Positions 24,887 through 39,042 are shown, numbered from the stretch's first letter. The stretch: DNA of 64,000 nt from Cirrosporium novae-zelandiae (GCA_026023565.1 JAPETS010000010.1:310001-374000), one strand, 5' to 3'. The notes: generated by a model from the letters alone, not told the origin. A program made the numbers and translations.

Positions 24887-27588
24887 TTGATGGCGGTGAG
24901 GCTGTGGTATTTATTGAGGCACAGAAAGACTGAGATACCACATTTGTTCCCTGTGGCTTCCTCGTCTGAAACGCAATAGAGAACAGTCAGCATTCTTCGC
25001 ATTTCAACCAACTACGAGCACATGTACCACGGCTGTTTGCTCATGCTCTGTCATTCTCTGAATTAGGGGCCCGTCATACCTTTAATCTTTTTCAAAATGC
25101 CTATTTATTTGTGGCTGCAGTCAATAGATATGCAACCAGGCGAGATAAGCTGTGGCTGTTCCTCGTCAAGTGGAAAGCCAACAATCGGAACAAGGGATCG
25201 AATAAATCCGGAGGCACGGTCCTAGTAGCGTGTGTGAAATAAAACAGAGAGCAATATATTGGTGATGCTCGTAGTTGTTCGCTGTTAAAAGAACTAGGAT
25301 TGTGAATGGTGAATCAAGAAATCAAGAGGGGAATCTCGAGTCTTTTTAAAAGTTGGAAGTTGGACAATGTAAGTTCAATAAAAAAAAGTTCGGAGGGTAC
25401 GCAGTAAAGACAAAGAATCAGTTAAATGGTTTTGTATGGGTGGGATGAGCTCTCCGGTTGCGCAACAAGAGGAGAGACATGACTATCTCGTACTATCTCT
25501 AAAGTTCCAACGCTACCAGACTATCAAATGATAAGCCGTCGATCTCTCCGCAATCCGGATAATCATAGTGCCAGATGACGAATCGGGTTTAGCCCCCATA
25601 CCATTTCGCAATTCTCTTTCATCTTAACTTTGCTTGGTCTGAACATGGTCGTGGATAATCTTTGAATGATACAAACTTCACCTGGGATGGTCCAAGATGG
25701 CATAATATTGAAAAAACCTCGAGAACACTTTGAATTCCACCAATTGGCCTGGCAACAGAGACGTTACTATTTACGGAACGCCCTCAGCATCTGAATTAGG
25801 CATAGAGTGTATCGTCACAATATCGAATCACTTGCTCTCTCTTTGCGCACACGACACAGTACTGTACTCACCTTGGTGATAAGTTCCCAGTCCACATGTG
25901 AAAGTCATTTTCTTTCCATGACATGGGCATGAACCCCCCTGGATTCTAGATCATGTCGAAAATCCACATCCGGAAAACCTATATATTCTATGACATTATA
26001 TTTCTCAGGGGAAACCGTTCTTATTTGCATACGAATATCTTTCTGCAGAAGTCCCCATAAATATTCTGCAACCACATTCGTATTGCCATGGTCTGAAGTC
26101 ATCTTACTTTTATCACTGTGCAGAACTTGCTTGAGCGGCGGACCGGAAGGCGTGACGAGCGGTCCGAGCTCAAATTGATACCTCAGGCACAAACATCTGA
26201 ATAATCTCAACTTCGATGAAGAGGGAGTTCCTAGTACTAGGCTGGCAATATCTCGTCGTACTTTCAAAACAGAAATATTTACTAATGCATGCTGGGAGGT
26301 CTTTAAGGAATACAAAACCTTGGTTAAACCAGTTTCCGATAAAAATCTACTTTTTTACTTGATGTTGTTCAAGGGGTCTCCAGACCATATGAATGACTGG
26401 CCAGACTCATATAAGGACTAAATATAAATTGGCCTGGCATCTTCCCACATCGCCAAGTCCGTATTCATATTGCCACACGAATGTTTCCATTGCGCCTAGT
26501 TGCACATGTATTGCGACTTTCTTTCCTTCGCATCAAGACCAGACGAGGAACATTGAACCCCGAGATTTCATTCTCCCCAGCTTTTTTTGTGCTTTGCTGT
26601 ATTCCACTCATCTATCCATTTCAATTAATAGCAAAAACATTGAGATAGTCAATCCCCCTCCCTAAGAGAATCCCCTACTCAGCCCATCAAGCACCTGTTG
26701 TCACAACATGCTAGCTATTCCTTGACCTATTTAATCTTCTATTGAGATCCCTAGACAGTGTCCTTCCACCAACGATGGAATGTATACAGCAACTTCAAGC
26801 CTCAGGATTTCCCACAATTCTCGAATTTTTAACCAAGCGCTCAACATCATCTAACGAATGACACTAGCTTCACATAACTAAATCATCTCTTCCCACATCA
26901 CCAGCCCCCAAATTCAAACCAAATCTCTACTTCACGCAAACCAGATACCAGACACCTCCGGTCCCTACCAAGACTATACAATACAATGCATACTTCCATG
27001 AAAAAACGCCCCAACCTCCCAAAAGCTCAACCAACAAACCCATCCTCTCGCTCCCCCTTTCCGTCCCGTTTTCTTTTTGCTACCTTTCCTTGTCATAAAA
27101 ATACAAAAATCCAGAAACTACAACGAGCCCCCCCTCCCAATCCACCTTCGAAGGGGGGGTTACTCAGAAGCTAAAACTTATACGAGTGGTGGTAGCTGGG
27201 TTTGGTTTTAATGATTTATCGGACTGGGCTTGTGGATGCTTGCTTGCTCTTGGGATGAAAAATGGGAATGGGGAATGGGGATTTTTGGTGCGATTTTTGA
27301 GAGGGATATGAGGATGGGATGGGATGGGATTCTGGGTTGTAAGTGTGTGTAGGGGGGGGGCTCTTAGATGTGAGGGTTAGGGCTTGGCTGGGAGGGTGGT
27401 TAGGAGGCTGGGGTATGAGAGAGATGACTTCTGAATAGATATTAGGGGGGTTATTAGAGTAGTAGTAGTAGTAGGTTAGTAATGAAGAGTCTCTCTGGCA
27501 AAATAGCTGAAATATATCTACCCAGGTAGAGGGATACATACAAAATCTCTTTCTAACCTGTCTAGCTCAACTTCAAGGATTAAGTATT

Positions 27589-29490
27589 CTACTTCTCATC
27601 TATAACAACAGTGGTAGTAGCTACCTTATCAGCAGCAGCACCACTACAAACTTTTGTCGAAGGAGAAGAAGGCGGAGGCGTATAATAAAACCTAGCCGGA
27701 ACCCCCCTCGCAGCCACATTCATCGGTCCCACAAAACACCCCAAAGCCTTACTCCACCGACTTCCCCCCCTCAACAGCCTCTGTATCTCCTGATATGCAT
27801 ACCCATTTAAATATGGCAAACCCGTGGTGGGGTCGCGGAATCTTGCTGGCTGGGAAGTGATCACACATAGCTCCTGCGGGGGCTTGGGGAGCTTGTTGGT
27901 TCGCTTTTTGTTGTTGTCGTGGTGGAGAAGGGAGTGGTGGTGGTAGGTGTTTTCTTTGTTGTCTGAGAGGAGGTCTGAGGAGAAGTTTTTGAGAATTATG
28001 AGGTTGCGGGTTGATACTTCTGAGATGAGGGGGGTTGGAGTTGGGGCTGGAAGAGGGATAGGGATAGGAATGGGGTTGGTGGGTGGGTTTGTTTGGTTGG
28101 GGCTTGATGAAGGTGGAGGTAGAGGGGGGGGATTGCTGATGGTGATGATGCTACTTGGGTTGTTGTCTCCATTCTGGGGGATTAGTTGAGGTGGATGGAC
28201 GCCATTTGGAGGCTGTGGTTGCGGGGATTGAACGCCATTTCCGCTGGTGCTCGGAGGTGGATTAGGCGTCTGTTGTGTTGGTGGTTGGCTAAGAACAGGA
28301 GTAATCTGTGCATTCACTGGCACCGTCGTAGGTTGATGCTGTAAATTTTGCGAAAACTCGGCAGGCCCTTGTGGGGTAACAAATGTTATTTGTTTAGGAT
28401 CAGGCGTCGACGATTTCTCGTGATTCCTAGGTAAGATATGAGGCTGTACAACGATTGAGTCGTCACCACCCGCTTCAGCTGATTCATTCTTGTTCCTCTT
28501 TGATGACCCCTTCCTCCTGCTTCCTTTTATGTGCTTGTCGTCCTCTTCGACTTTGTGAGGCCCAACCTGAACTAGCTTTCCATTCACCCATTTCGCCATT
28601 CCGCTCCACCAAGACACTACAGGGCCCTCTAGTTGTCGATTTCGTAGAGCCTCTAGCTTGGCGGCCTGCTCTTCCGTTCTCCGCTTCTCCGCTTCTTCCC
28701 ACCTGTTTAAGCTCTTAGTGTTGGTCCTCTCCGTCTTCGCAGCCTCCGCTAATCGATCTGCTTGAGTTAATGGAGGTAGTCTTTCTTTGATTTTTCTCTT
28801 TTCTGCAGCCTCCATTTTTTCAATAACCTTCTTCCTAGTTTCCTCTCCCTTCTTAAGACGTTCTAAAGTCACCTCCTTATTATGCATCGTCTGTTTCCTA
28901 GTAGAGGAGCGGGTGGGCTGGTCATCTATTGTAGGAATGAAAGAGAATCGCTCCGATTTCTTTTTTGGTCGAGGTGCTGGCGTAGCAGCCTGACTTGATT
29001 CTGGAGTATCAATCTTGACCTTCTTCCGTATCTGCGCTATGTTGCTGAAAGGGTCTTTGGCCTTCCTTTTTTGAGCTTTACGCTCTAGTCGGGCTTGTCT
29101 GAGTATCTCCTTCTCGCCTTCTAATTCATCATCACCTGCCGTAGGCCCGTGGTCATCATCATCCGAAGAGCTTGAATCAAGCTCAATATCACCGGCGACC
29201 TCATCTTCCGCGCTTGTATATTCCTTATCATCCTCGTCTTCAGCGAATATCTGGGCAAGTTCATCGTCGGCTTCTTTATCGAGAAGGATGCTTAGGCGAT
29301 TCCCTGCAGTCGAACGTTTTGTGCGACCAGCTACCAAGGTCTCTACAGGCTCATCATCCTCAGAAGCTGAGGCATCTGTGCTTGAAGGTGTTCCTTCACG
29401 GTTAGCTTCAGGGTTGTTCATCTCATCTTCTTCTGCCATGATGTCTAATTCATGAAACGGTTGCTTCTTCCTTAGAGGCTGTTCGCGCAT
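27589..29490 (-). CDS. VPS72: SWR1 complex subunit Vps72/Swc2/YL1; single exon (start may be the ATG at 29439)
   Basis: GRTKRSTAGNRL, acidic YL1 N-terminal region, LTQADRLAEA..TE..N.KSL, and the YL1_C motif CVITSQPARFRDPTTGLPY. Confidence 0.93.
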   Translation of the reverse strand: MREQPLRKKQPFHELDIMAEEDEMNNPEANREGTPSSTDASASEDDEPVETLVAGRTKRSTAGNRLSILLDKEADDELAQIFAEDEDDKEYTSAEDEVAGDIELDSSSSDDDDHGPTAGDDELEGEKEILRQARLERKAQKRKAKDPFSNIAQIRKKVKIDTPESSQAATPAPRPKKKSERFSFIPTIDDQPTRSSTRKQTMHNKEVTLERLKKGEETRKKVIEKMEAAEKRKIKERLPPLTQADRLAEAAKTERTNTKSLNRWEEAEKRRTEEQAAKLEALRNRQLEGPVVSWWSGMAKWVNGKLVQVGPHKVEEDDKHIKGSRRKGSSKRNKNESAEAGGDDSIVVQPHILPRNHEKSSTPDPKQITFVTPQGPAEFSQNLQHQPTTVPVNAQITPVLSQPPTQQTPNPPPSTSGNGVQSPQPQPPNGVHPPQLIPQNGDNNPSSIITISNPPPLPPPSSSPNQTNPPTNPIPIPIPLPAPTPTPLISEVSTRNLIILKNFSSDLLSDNKENTYHHHSLLHHDNNKKRTNKLPKPPQELCVITSQPARFRDPTTGLPYLNGYAYQEIQRLLRGGSRWSKALGCFVGPMNVAARGVPARFYYTPPPSSPSTKVCSGAAADKVATTTVVIDEK

Positions 29491-32251
29491 AAGCTCTTGT
29501 GGGAATGCTTGGCCGTTTAGGATGTTACTAGTAGGATATTCGTAGATTGTTGGATGGGTATCCTGGTCAGGCTACCTAAGTTCATATCTTCAAGCCATTA
29601 GAATCGGTGGCCGACTTGGATGCAGTTGTCTGGTGCGGGTTATTGATGGTTGTAGATGCGGTCTGTAAAGAAATCAGGTCAGGTACAACATACTCTATGC
29701 AGCGCGAGAAGTTGAGACCGACGATGACCGGATCCTCATCTAGATCCAGCGACCAGTTTTGGGGGTGCAGCAACTTTAAACGAGAAAACGTGGCGTATGA
29801 CAGGTGGCGGAATGAAAGATATCGAGGATAACCCCCATTTTATTCTACAAGTGATTATATTATTAACTTCGACTATATACGCAATATTTAGGAAAATTAC
29901 CAATAGATGATCGAATAAGCAAAGCCCTTCCGCTAGTGATGGGGATATATAAATATATATAAATAGAAATAAAAGACGTCTGTGGTAAACCGTACGACAT
30001 GATTAGAGTGGCATTACCATTTATACACCTTAATTAGTTATAGGAAGATAGTAATATTCACGTTAATTCACTCTGTTTGTGTTTCGGAACATGTGTTTAT
30101 AGCAAATAAGACTCAGGAAGAAGAATGCTTGTCAGATCATGGGGATTACCCCAGCCTTACCATTGCCTTGGACCTCCTTTAAGGCCTACCTTGGATGGGT
30201 TAGAGTGATGCAGTTCCGAAATTCGTGAGCATCAAGGAGTCCCCAAATCATCCAGTAAGAGCGCTATGGTAGGGGGGTTTCAATGTGAATGGGAGGATGC
30301 ATGAATTCTTTCCCGTTTTGAATAGAGACATTGATTATCGGATAATGTTATTACTTTTAAATCTTCGATGCAGTCCATGCACTCTAGACCCATCATGATA
30401 ATGCTACTTCGTACATATGGGATGGATGTGTGATGAGCCCAGGTAGACATCATGCATTTCAATTGAAATGTCGAGAATCATATCGCAGCCGACTATTTTT
30501 GGACTTTATTCGACAAGCAGAGAAGGTTGATAAATCAATCAATCCGTAGGTCTGCCAAGATGTACTCAAAGTAGGTTTGTTTGGGGAAGATGCTGAAGTG
30601 GTGAGTGAATGAAAGTGGTCCTCGTAACTTAGATTCGTATTTGTTCTGGGATAACCTGGGAAGATAGGAATTAACCAAAGTCAAGGATTAAAATGGGGGA
30701 TGAAGGTTTCCCTTGGGTTCTTAGAGGGGGGATTAAGAGCCTTAGAGAGTTACCGGGTCATAAAAAGTAATCTCTCTGTTTGTTTCAGGTTTTCAGGCTT
30801 CCCCTAATCTCTGATTCGATACAAATGGGGATCCGCAGGAAAAACCCGCACTTCTGCTGCGTTTGAGAAAATTCGAAAGTCAAAAAGTTGGAAGAAAAAA
30901 ACGGCGCTTGGAAATGCCCGTCTTAGGGCCATATTCTTGACCGTCTTGACCGTCTTGTCTTGAAAATGTCCCAATTAACTAAAAACTAATTGTAACGATG
31001 TAAACTCGTATCCATTAATTCTTCCTCTTCTGTATGTGTAATGCGTATTTAGATCTTTGTATGAAGTATGTATGTGTAGTGTGTGTGTATGCGAAACAAC
31101 CAGACCCTCCCCTAAAGCTTGCTTTACTCGTAATTCATCATCATCATTATTCTCTTACTCTTACTCCTACTCCCTCCTACTTCCTCCTACTTCCTTCATA
31201 TCTCCCTAAAAACTTCCTAGTAATAGCTGTATTGGATGACTTTGACTAGAAGGCTGGAAAACCATCCCCCCCCGTCATCATCATCAATCAAACAATCAAA
31301 TCAATAATCTCCTGGTTAATGGCTAACGGTTAACGGGCTGTTCCCACACTCTTTGAATTTCTACTCGCAAAAGTATCCTACCCAAAATATCTAATAGCCA
31401 CCCCTCGTGCCCATCCTAAAACCTTGAGCATTGCGCGCTCTAGGGTCGATCCACACGTCAATCCCCGAACGGCCCATTCCTCTCACTGCACAGCCGACAC
31501 CTCCAAAAAGTCCTCCCCAAAACCTCCTTCAACTAACCTACCTTTTAACTATTTCTCCACTTCCTACTGCCATTCATCTAGGCATTCTTTGCGAATATTT
31601 TTCGGTAATTACTCTTCGCCTGGAGTCGTGAATTGAGCTGGCACCGTCTTCTCATACTGTTTCCAACTCGTCCTCGACCACTAACCCCTAATTTGGGCGA
31701 AGAAAAAAAAGACGAAAATCAGTTACGACGTGTTTGTATGATCTTTAGCTCAACTCATATTCGGACAATTGAGAGTTTCCCCCTTCTTCATTAGGAGACA
31801 TCGATAACCAATCCTCCATTCCTTTCTCTCTCACGGCAATTAGCCGACGACTGGTTCTCAGACCCGACGACATACTCCTATATCCTATTCAAGAAATACT
31901 TGTATCACATCCTGACCAGTCCATCATCAAGTTACCGTATACCAACAACTTGTGAGAAAAAGGTCAAGCCACCAGCAACTTTGAAGGTTATACGAACAAC
32001 AGCCTCGGGGTGGATGCTTTTGGCTTCAATCCATCGACTGTACGACCATCAAGAACTCTTTGAACGAACAATACATTTTGAAAGCGAATCGATTCTGTAG
32101 ATCAGAATTAATTGCTTTGTGATACAAATTACATCTCAATTAGTTTCGACGGGGCTCGAAGAGAAATCAAGCATTAGGCTTCTGTTCTTAATTTCTTGGG
32201 ACAAATAAACCCTTCATATTTGTGCTGCAGGTTCAATACTCTTCGACAAAC

Positions 32252-35200
32252 ATGGCGCCTACAACAAGGCCTGATCATCATATCAATCTTAATTACCTGC
32301 CACAGCTCACGTCTAATCTCCCACAATCTGGTTCATCTACCGCAAATACTTCTCCGATCGAACCTCCTGGTGGAAGTTCTGTGAGGTCTTTCGGAAACCC
32401 TAATGGTATGAACAATAATGGTGGAATTATTGGTAGTGCTCGGCTAGGGGCTGGCTCCCCTTCGCATGAGCTGGGTGGTCGATTATTCTCAAAACGGTAA
32501 GAGATATCCACTGCCATCTTTTTTGGTATCGCATTAACCCAAGTTCAACTGCAGTGCTCGCGAGATTCAAGCTCAGGAGGGTGTTTCACCTGGTATCTGG
32601 GGACCTCCAACCAGTGGTCATTCCACGCCTTTGAGAGAAGCAATCCCGGAATCTCCATCGCAAGATGGCTTTCCTGATTTGATCCCACCATCCGACTTCA
32701 ACAAAAGTGCTCCGGTTCGTCGACCGCGCGCAGGAACTGTTCCTTCACGTTTTCCCCAAAGTGTGCTCGGTGGAAATTCATCCGCTTCGCTGCTTTCAAA
32801 GACGTCTAGACCAACTCCTTCGACCAGTCCTTTCAAACCAGCTTCGGTGTCTTCGGCTGATTCGGCTGGGAACCGCTCAAGTCCAACAAACCAGACAAAC
32901 TCTGCTCTGCTTTCAAGACTTCGTGCTGGGTCTATGCCCCAGCGAGTCAGTTATCTCGGGTCCTCTGGGCCATTTGGGCCGTCGCTATTTACTTCTGGCT
33001 GGACCAGTGCCAGGGACAGAAGCGGCACATTAGCCAGCATTCGCTCTTCCGAAGGTCCTGACTCGCCTGCTCATTCTTCGTTCTCCAAAGATGGCCTTAC
33101 AGATACTGACGTCAAGACGTTGGATTATCTTGGTCTTGCCGAGACACCTCAACAAGCTAGAGCAACTCTAGCACAGCCTAGTCTTGAAGCATTGCAACAG
33201 CAGGCTGCTTTGCAACCGTATCTAGCTAACTTGGCAGAATTGAACAAGAGCGCGAACAGGTTTCGGTCATATTCGGTTAATGCAAAGGAACGGTACGCCG
33301 AAGAAGAAGAAGATGATGAGCTGGGTGGTCTTTATCCTCAACACAGTGGAACGCTCACTCCATCAGCAGCGGCCGCCGCAGCTGCAGTTGCTGCAACCCA
33401 ATTAGAGATCCATCAACACAATCTAGCAGTCCAGGCTTTTGCAAACCATGCCTCGGCTAGTAGACCACGGGCTCGAACGGCTGGAGTGCTCGATATCGCT
33501 CCACAGCGCTCAATTAGAGGATATGTTCCTTCCCGACTTGATAGTAGTTTAACGGCATCTGATTTACGAATTAATGAAGCTGGGGAATATGAAAATCTGT
33601 CTGACGCCATCCAAGCCATGCAACTTGCTGGTCTAAAGGGCGTTCAGGTCAACGAGAGTATGGATGAAAATAACCTTGAAGGTCCAACTAGAGCCTTGTG
33701 GATTGGCAGTATTCCAGTATCAACTACGGTTTCTTCGCTTGAAGCTATCTTCGGTATCTATGGGAAGATTGAGTCAACTCGTGTTTTGACCCAGAAGAAC
33801 TGTGGCTTCGTTAATTTTGAACATCTTGAAAGCGCTATTCAAGCTAAATCTCTCCTTAATGGCAAGGAGATATTCCCCGGTGCTGGCCCTGTGAGAATCG
33901 GATATGCCAAGGTTCCAACTTCTGCCGCTGGCACGCCTGGGCAAGGTGGTCAACCTAGCTCAACACCGGATCCTACTGCTCAACAAAGCTCATCGAATAA
34001 GGATGCGAATGGCCACAAGAGTAATGCTCCCTCTGCGAATGGAACATCAGGTGATGATGCCAATACTTTACAACTCCCTAATCTTTCAGAACTACAGCCA
34101 GAAATTGTAACCATGGTTCAGGACCTTGGTGCAACCGAGGACGAGGCGTTGAGAATCGCTAGCAGCATTCACTCCGCTGTTGAATTTGATGATCACAAAA
34201 TGGAAATCCCTCCAATTCCCGAACCTAGTCACACACGTGTCCATGATGCACCACGACTACGTGATATTAGGAAAAGAATTGACAACAATGCATGTTCTCA
34301 AGCTGAAATCGAAGAGATTGCAATTGATATGTTACCTGAGATTGGTGAACTTGCTTCAGATTACTTGGGTAATACCGTAGTCCAGAAATTGTTTGAATAT
34401 TGTTCGGAACCTGTCAAAGAAAAGATGCTTGAAGAGATTGCTCCTCACCTTGCTGAAATTGGTGTCCATAAAAATGGTACATGGGCGGCGCAGAAGATTA
34501 TTGACGTTGCTAAGACTCCAGCTCAATTGAGCATGGTTGTACAAAGCCTGCATTCGTATACAGTTCCCCTATTCCTTGATCAATATGGCAACTATGTTCT
34601 GCAATGCTGCCTCCGCTTCGGTGCTCCGTGGAATGATTACATCTTCCAGTCCATGCTTGCTCGACTTTGGGAAATTGCTCAAGGGAGATTTGGCGCAAGA
34701 GCTATGAGAGCGTGCCTGGAAAGCCATCATGCAACCAAGGAACAACAACGCATGTTAGCTGCTGCCATTGTTTTGCATAGCATGCAGCTTGCCACAAATA
34801 CTAATGGAGCTCTGCTCTTAACATGGTTTTTGGATACTTGCACGTTCCAAAACCGACGCACTGTTCTTGCACCTCGGCTTGAACCTCATTTAGTCCAGCT
34901 TTGCACACATAAGGTTGCGTATCTCACTGTACTCAAAATCATCAATCAAAGGAATGAGCCTGAAGCACGTGAGGCTATTCTCAAGGCTCTGTTCTTCACG
35001 CCAAATGACCAGACTCTTGAGGACATTCTCCGTGATCAGGCTTGTGGTGCCCAGTTTATATTCAAGGTCTTAACAACACCATTCTTCGATGAAAGCATGC
35101 GGGCTGATGTCGTCAATAATGTTCGTAACGTGCTCATGCGCCTCAAAGCTACACCCAGCCAAGGTTATAAACGATTGATGGATGAGGTTGGCCTCTCCTC

Positions 35201-35882
35201 CCGATCTGGGGGCGGATCAAATAGAGATCATCATCACAATAGGGAGCACATGAATGGACATGCCTCGAATACCGACCGGCAACGGAATATGTCACAGCAA
35301 GTACCATACCAGGGCCACATGCAGCAACAACAACAACAACAACAACAACCAATGGAAAGACAATATAGTGGGCAATATTTTCCTTCAGCTCAACAGCCGT
35401 TTGATCAGCAACAAGGTCTCCCACGTATGGATACTACCATGTCTTTTGATCAATACAACGTCAACAACATGGGAAGCCCAATATACACACCGACTCCAGT
35501 CGCAATGCCTCAGTACCAACAAGCGCTACTAAATGCTTCGTCTCGTGGTATGTCTCCTAACGGTTTCTATCCTACAATTGCCCCACCTGGCTATGGCTCG
35601 CCGTCCCCATCTTTGGACAACTTCCGCAACCAGAGTCCAGTTCCGTTCCCGCAGATGCCAATGGGCGGCCCGATGTTGGGTCAAAATGGCTTCCCGTCTC
35701 AGTCTTTTGGGCCACTGGTGGGAGGTTCGATGTATCAGTATCCACAGTACTTCCCACCTCAGCAGCCGCTACAGCAGCAGGCAGGTGGAAGGAGAGGTAG
35801 AGTGAGTATTCCGATCTAGACTATTTGACGATGATGAATCATCTGTATGAAGTGCTTGAGGCTAATGCTTCAATAGCGCTAA
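32252..35882 (+). CDS. JSN1: Pumilio/PUF-repeat plus RRM RNA-binding protein, Jsn1/Puf1-like; exons 32252-32496, 32555-35801, 35877-35882
   Basis: RRM (TRALWIGSIP..KNCGFVNF..VRIGYAK) followed by Puf repeats (SDYLGNTVVQKLFE, HKNGTWAAQKII, DQYGNYVLQCCL), and repeated RxRAGS/T motifs. Confidence 0.93.
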
Positions 35883-37181
35883 ACTTTTCTCCGCACGTTT
35901 GTTTATAGGGAGTTCTCGGTCTACGGGATTACTGCTACGCTATTACATAGTCTTGCATGCATCTCACCTTGGTCACTCCTTCCAATATTGGCGATCAACG
36001 AATTCCTTTTGTTGTACAGAAAATAAAAGAAAGAGATTCCGCGTACCTGTGAAATCATAACTATCATCAAATCATCATCATCATGTCTCTCTCCTTCCAT
36101 TCGGTCTGGTTACCATGGACGAGAGGGACACTGCGAAATTACTTAAACTATTTGTTGGCAAAAAGTCGTTTGTAACTGTCTCGGTCAGGCTCATCATACG
36201 CCGTGTGTACCGTGTTTTGGGGTGAGGGGACAAAGTTGGGGAGTGGGAAGCTAGAGGGAAGGCATGCGCGGAAGGCGCTACTCTCACTTCTACTTCTAAA
36301 CCGGACACAATTCATTTGAATACATCTTTGTATGCATGGTGGTTGTGCTTCTCATCTAGCTGGAACGGGCGGTGCTGGAAATTTTGGGTAGTTAAAGTGT
36401 GCATGACCGAACGGGGTTAACTTTTCTTCTCTTGTTCAGTTTAGCGGAGGGGGATGGGGGGGGGGGGGCGAAATCAGAAATCATGGATATATGATGTCCC
36501 CTCGAAGTGGTTAAATCATCATCTTCCCTAACAGAACAGACCCTTCTTCGGGAAACAAGCAAAGCAGCAGCAGCAACATTTGAAACACTTTTTTGAAAAA
36601 ATAACTTCTTTTCTCCCCCTTTTATTTACAACCGAGATGATAAAACAAAGACCAAAGGGGTTTGTTATAACTTCAATTGTGTATAGGCTTTTTTAAACTT
36701 TCAAGTATGTGTGTGTGATTTTTTCTTCTCTTCTTTCTTGGAACCGACTTCATGAGGATGGATGTGTGGTTTTGTGGTTCGTGTGTGTTGTTGTGTGGGA
36801 GGGTTGGTTGCCTTGGCTTGGGCTGGGATTTTGGGTGAAGGAAAGGGAAGGGAATGTGGGGGATGAGGATGGGGGGGATTTATATCATAGGCTTTTTTTA
36901 ACGTAATTCAATTCTCATGCTCTCTCTATATCCCTCTCTCCCTCCCTCTTTCTCTTTCTCTCATATCTCCTCCCCTGAAGAGAGAAATTTTTGAAAAGGA
37001 ATGTCTTGTCCGTCTGTCTTATAAATCGCATCCCAAAAAGATTCGTTATTCAATCGTAACAAGTCAAGTATTTTCTCCAGTTTCCCAATACACATATCTC
37101 TAATCATGCTTCCGCTTTACGGTTATGGTTTATGGTTTTATGGTTTGGGGTGGGTGTTGTTTGTTTATAGGTGGGTGTCGT

Positions 37182-39003
37182 TTAAGGTGTGCAGCGACCC
37201 ATGAACCGCGGGTACAGACAGCAGTCGCGAACGGTGAAACGACCACACATCCAAGCCAGGAAGCGTTCGAGTCCGAGGCCGTAGCCGCCGTGGGGGGATG
37301 TGCCGTATCTAAGTTGCAAGAGAAAATTGATTAATTTTTCTGTGACTTTTTTTTTAAGTGGGGTTTTTGGAGACTCACTTTCTCTGATCGGTGTACCAGT
37401 AGTAGGGCTCGCTGGGAATCCCGTTCTTGGTATATGCCTCGAGTAGTTCGTCGTAGTTATCCATCCTCATGCTACCGCCCACGATTTCGCCCACGCCGGG
37501 CATTAGGCAATCGACGCTTTCAGTGACGCGCAGATCCGAGGGGTCTTTCAGCATGTAGAACGCTTTGATCTCGACGGGGAAATGTGTCAGGAAAATGGGG
37601 GTGTTGATTATGTCCGTCATTTTTCTCTCTGCGGCTTCAGCAATGTCGTCGCCGAAGGTGTGGGGGTTCCCTTCTTCGTTGGGGATGTTGTGCTCGCGGA
37701 GCCAGTCGATGGCGTCGGCGTACTTCATGCGTTTGAATGGGCGTGCGGGGGCTTTGAAGTCTGGGTTGAGGGTTTTTATAAACTGGGCGATTTGGGGGTC
37801 GGCGAGGCAGAGGTCGATGACGCGACAGATGACGAGTTCGAGGTGCTCGAGCAGGTCGTCGAAGGTTATAAAGTCGAGTTCGGCTTCGATGTGGGTGTAT
37901 TCTGCCAGGTGACGACGGGTGAGGGATTTCTCGGCGCGGAAGGAGGGGCAGATGCAGAATACGTTGCCCATGCTTGCCAGGCAGGTTTCGAGGTACAATT
38001 GGGAGGATTGCGTGAGGTAGGCTTTTTCGCCGTAGTAGTCGAATTCGAATAGCGTACTACCGCCCTCGACTTGTGTTTGTACCATTGCGGGAGGGGTGAC
38101 TTCGAGGAGGCGAGTCTCCACGTAGGCTTGACGGAAGGCCCGAAGGCAGGCGGCGCGAACTTTCATGACGGATGAGGATACCTCACCGCGGAGGACTAGG
38201 TGGCGGTTGTCGAGGAGAGTTTGGTTATCTGCATCTGCCGAGACACGGTTGGTGATTGTGTCTTTGTCGCCGGCAGCCTTACCCACCACGCGAAAGAAAT
38301 CGGCGTGGAGTTCGCGGTCGTCAGGGGCGTGCTGTTTGGGAGGCACTTCCCACATCTCGCCCATCACTTCGAGAGAGGATTCGGGGGTGAGGGTCAAGGC
38401 ATCATAGGTTTTGGCGAGGTCGCCAGAGAGCACAATTTGCAGGTAGCCATAGCCATCGCGGAGGGTAATGAATATGAACTCTTTTTGAGACCGAAGCCTA
38501 TGTATTCTCCCCATAACCCGCACTCTCGTCCCTAGTTCTTCACTACTACCAACATCATTTTCACTCTTTCCGCTGCGGAGTTTGATAACAGCTGGATCTT
38601 TCTCATCTAACGAGATTTTTACTGCTTTGGGCAGCGATGGATCCTCTTTGATAATAATCTTTTTCGCTTCTTCTAGCGTAGCCTTGCGCTTCTCTGCCTC
38701 TTCCTTTTCTCTGATTGCAAGTTCCTTTTCCTTTGCTGCTTTTCTTTCCTGTTGTGCGTGATAGTTGACGGCCTTCTTCATAGCAGATTTAGCGGCGGGT
38801 TTCCACTCCAGCCGCACCTTCTCGTCTTGACCTTCGGCAACAGGACCTGTTTGAGACTTTCGTGTCGCAAATTCAGGAAGCGGGGAATCGGAGGCATGAT
38901 GGTGATATGCATGCTGCAAGCTCTTGTAAGGGGATTGTTCAGAGCCGTCAGCTATCTGATCGTCTTTGCCAACGTCTTCGTCAATATAGATTTTAGGAGC
39001 CAT
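37182..39003 (-). CDS. DED81: Cytoplasmic asparaginyl-tRNA synthetase; exons 39003-37379, 37308-37182
   Basis: OB-fold ([19 protein letters not shown]), [12 protein letters not shown], motif 2 [27 protein letters not shown], and motif 3 [14 protein letters not shown] in the last exon. Confidence 0.97.
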
Positions 39004-39042
39004 GATGTTTGCTGAGCCCGTAGAGCCTGTAGTGAGGGGCAA

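Noticed and set aside
25905..26388. 136-aa minus-strand ORF and an upstream FLKDLPACI fragment
   Set aside because: In-frame stop in the upstream piece, no convincing splice model and no recognisable domain; at most a decayed gene.
37565..38535. Several plus-strand ORFs of 80-156 aa
   Set aside because: Antisense to AsnRS; open frames are expected from its C-ending codon bias.
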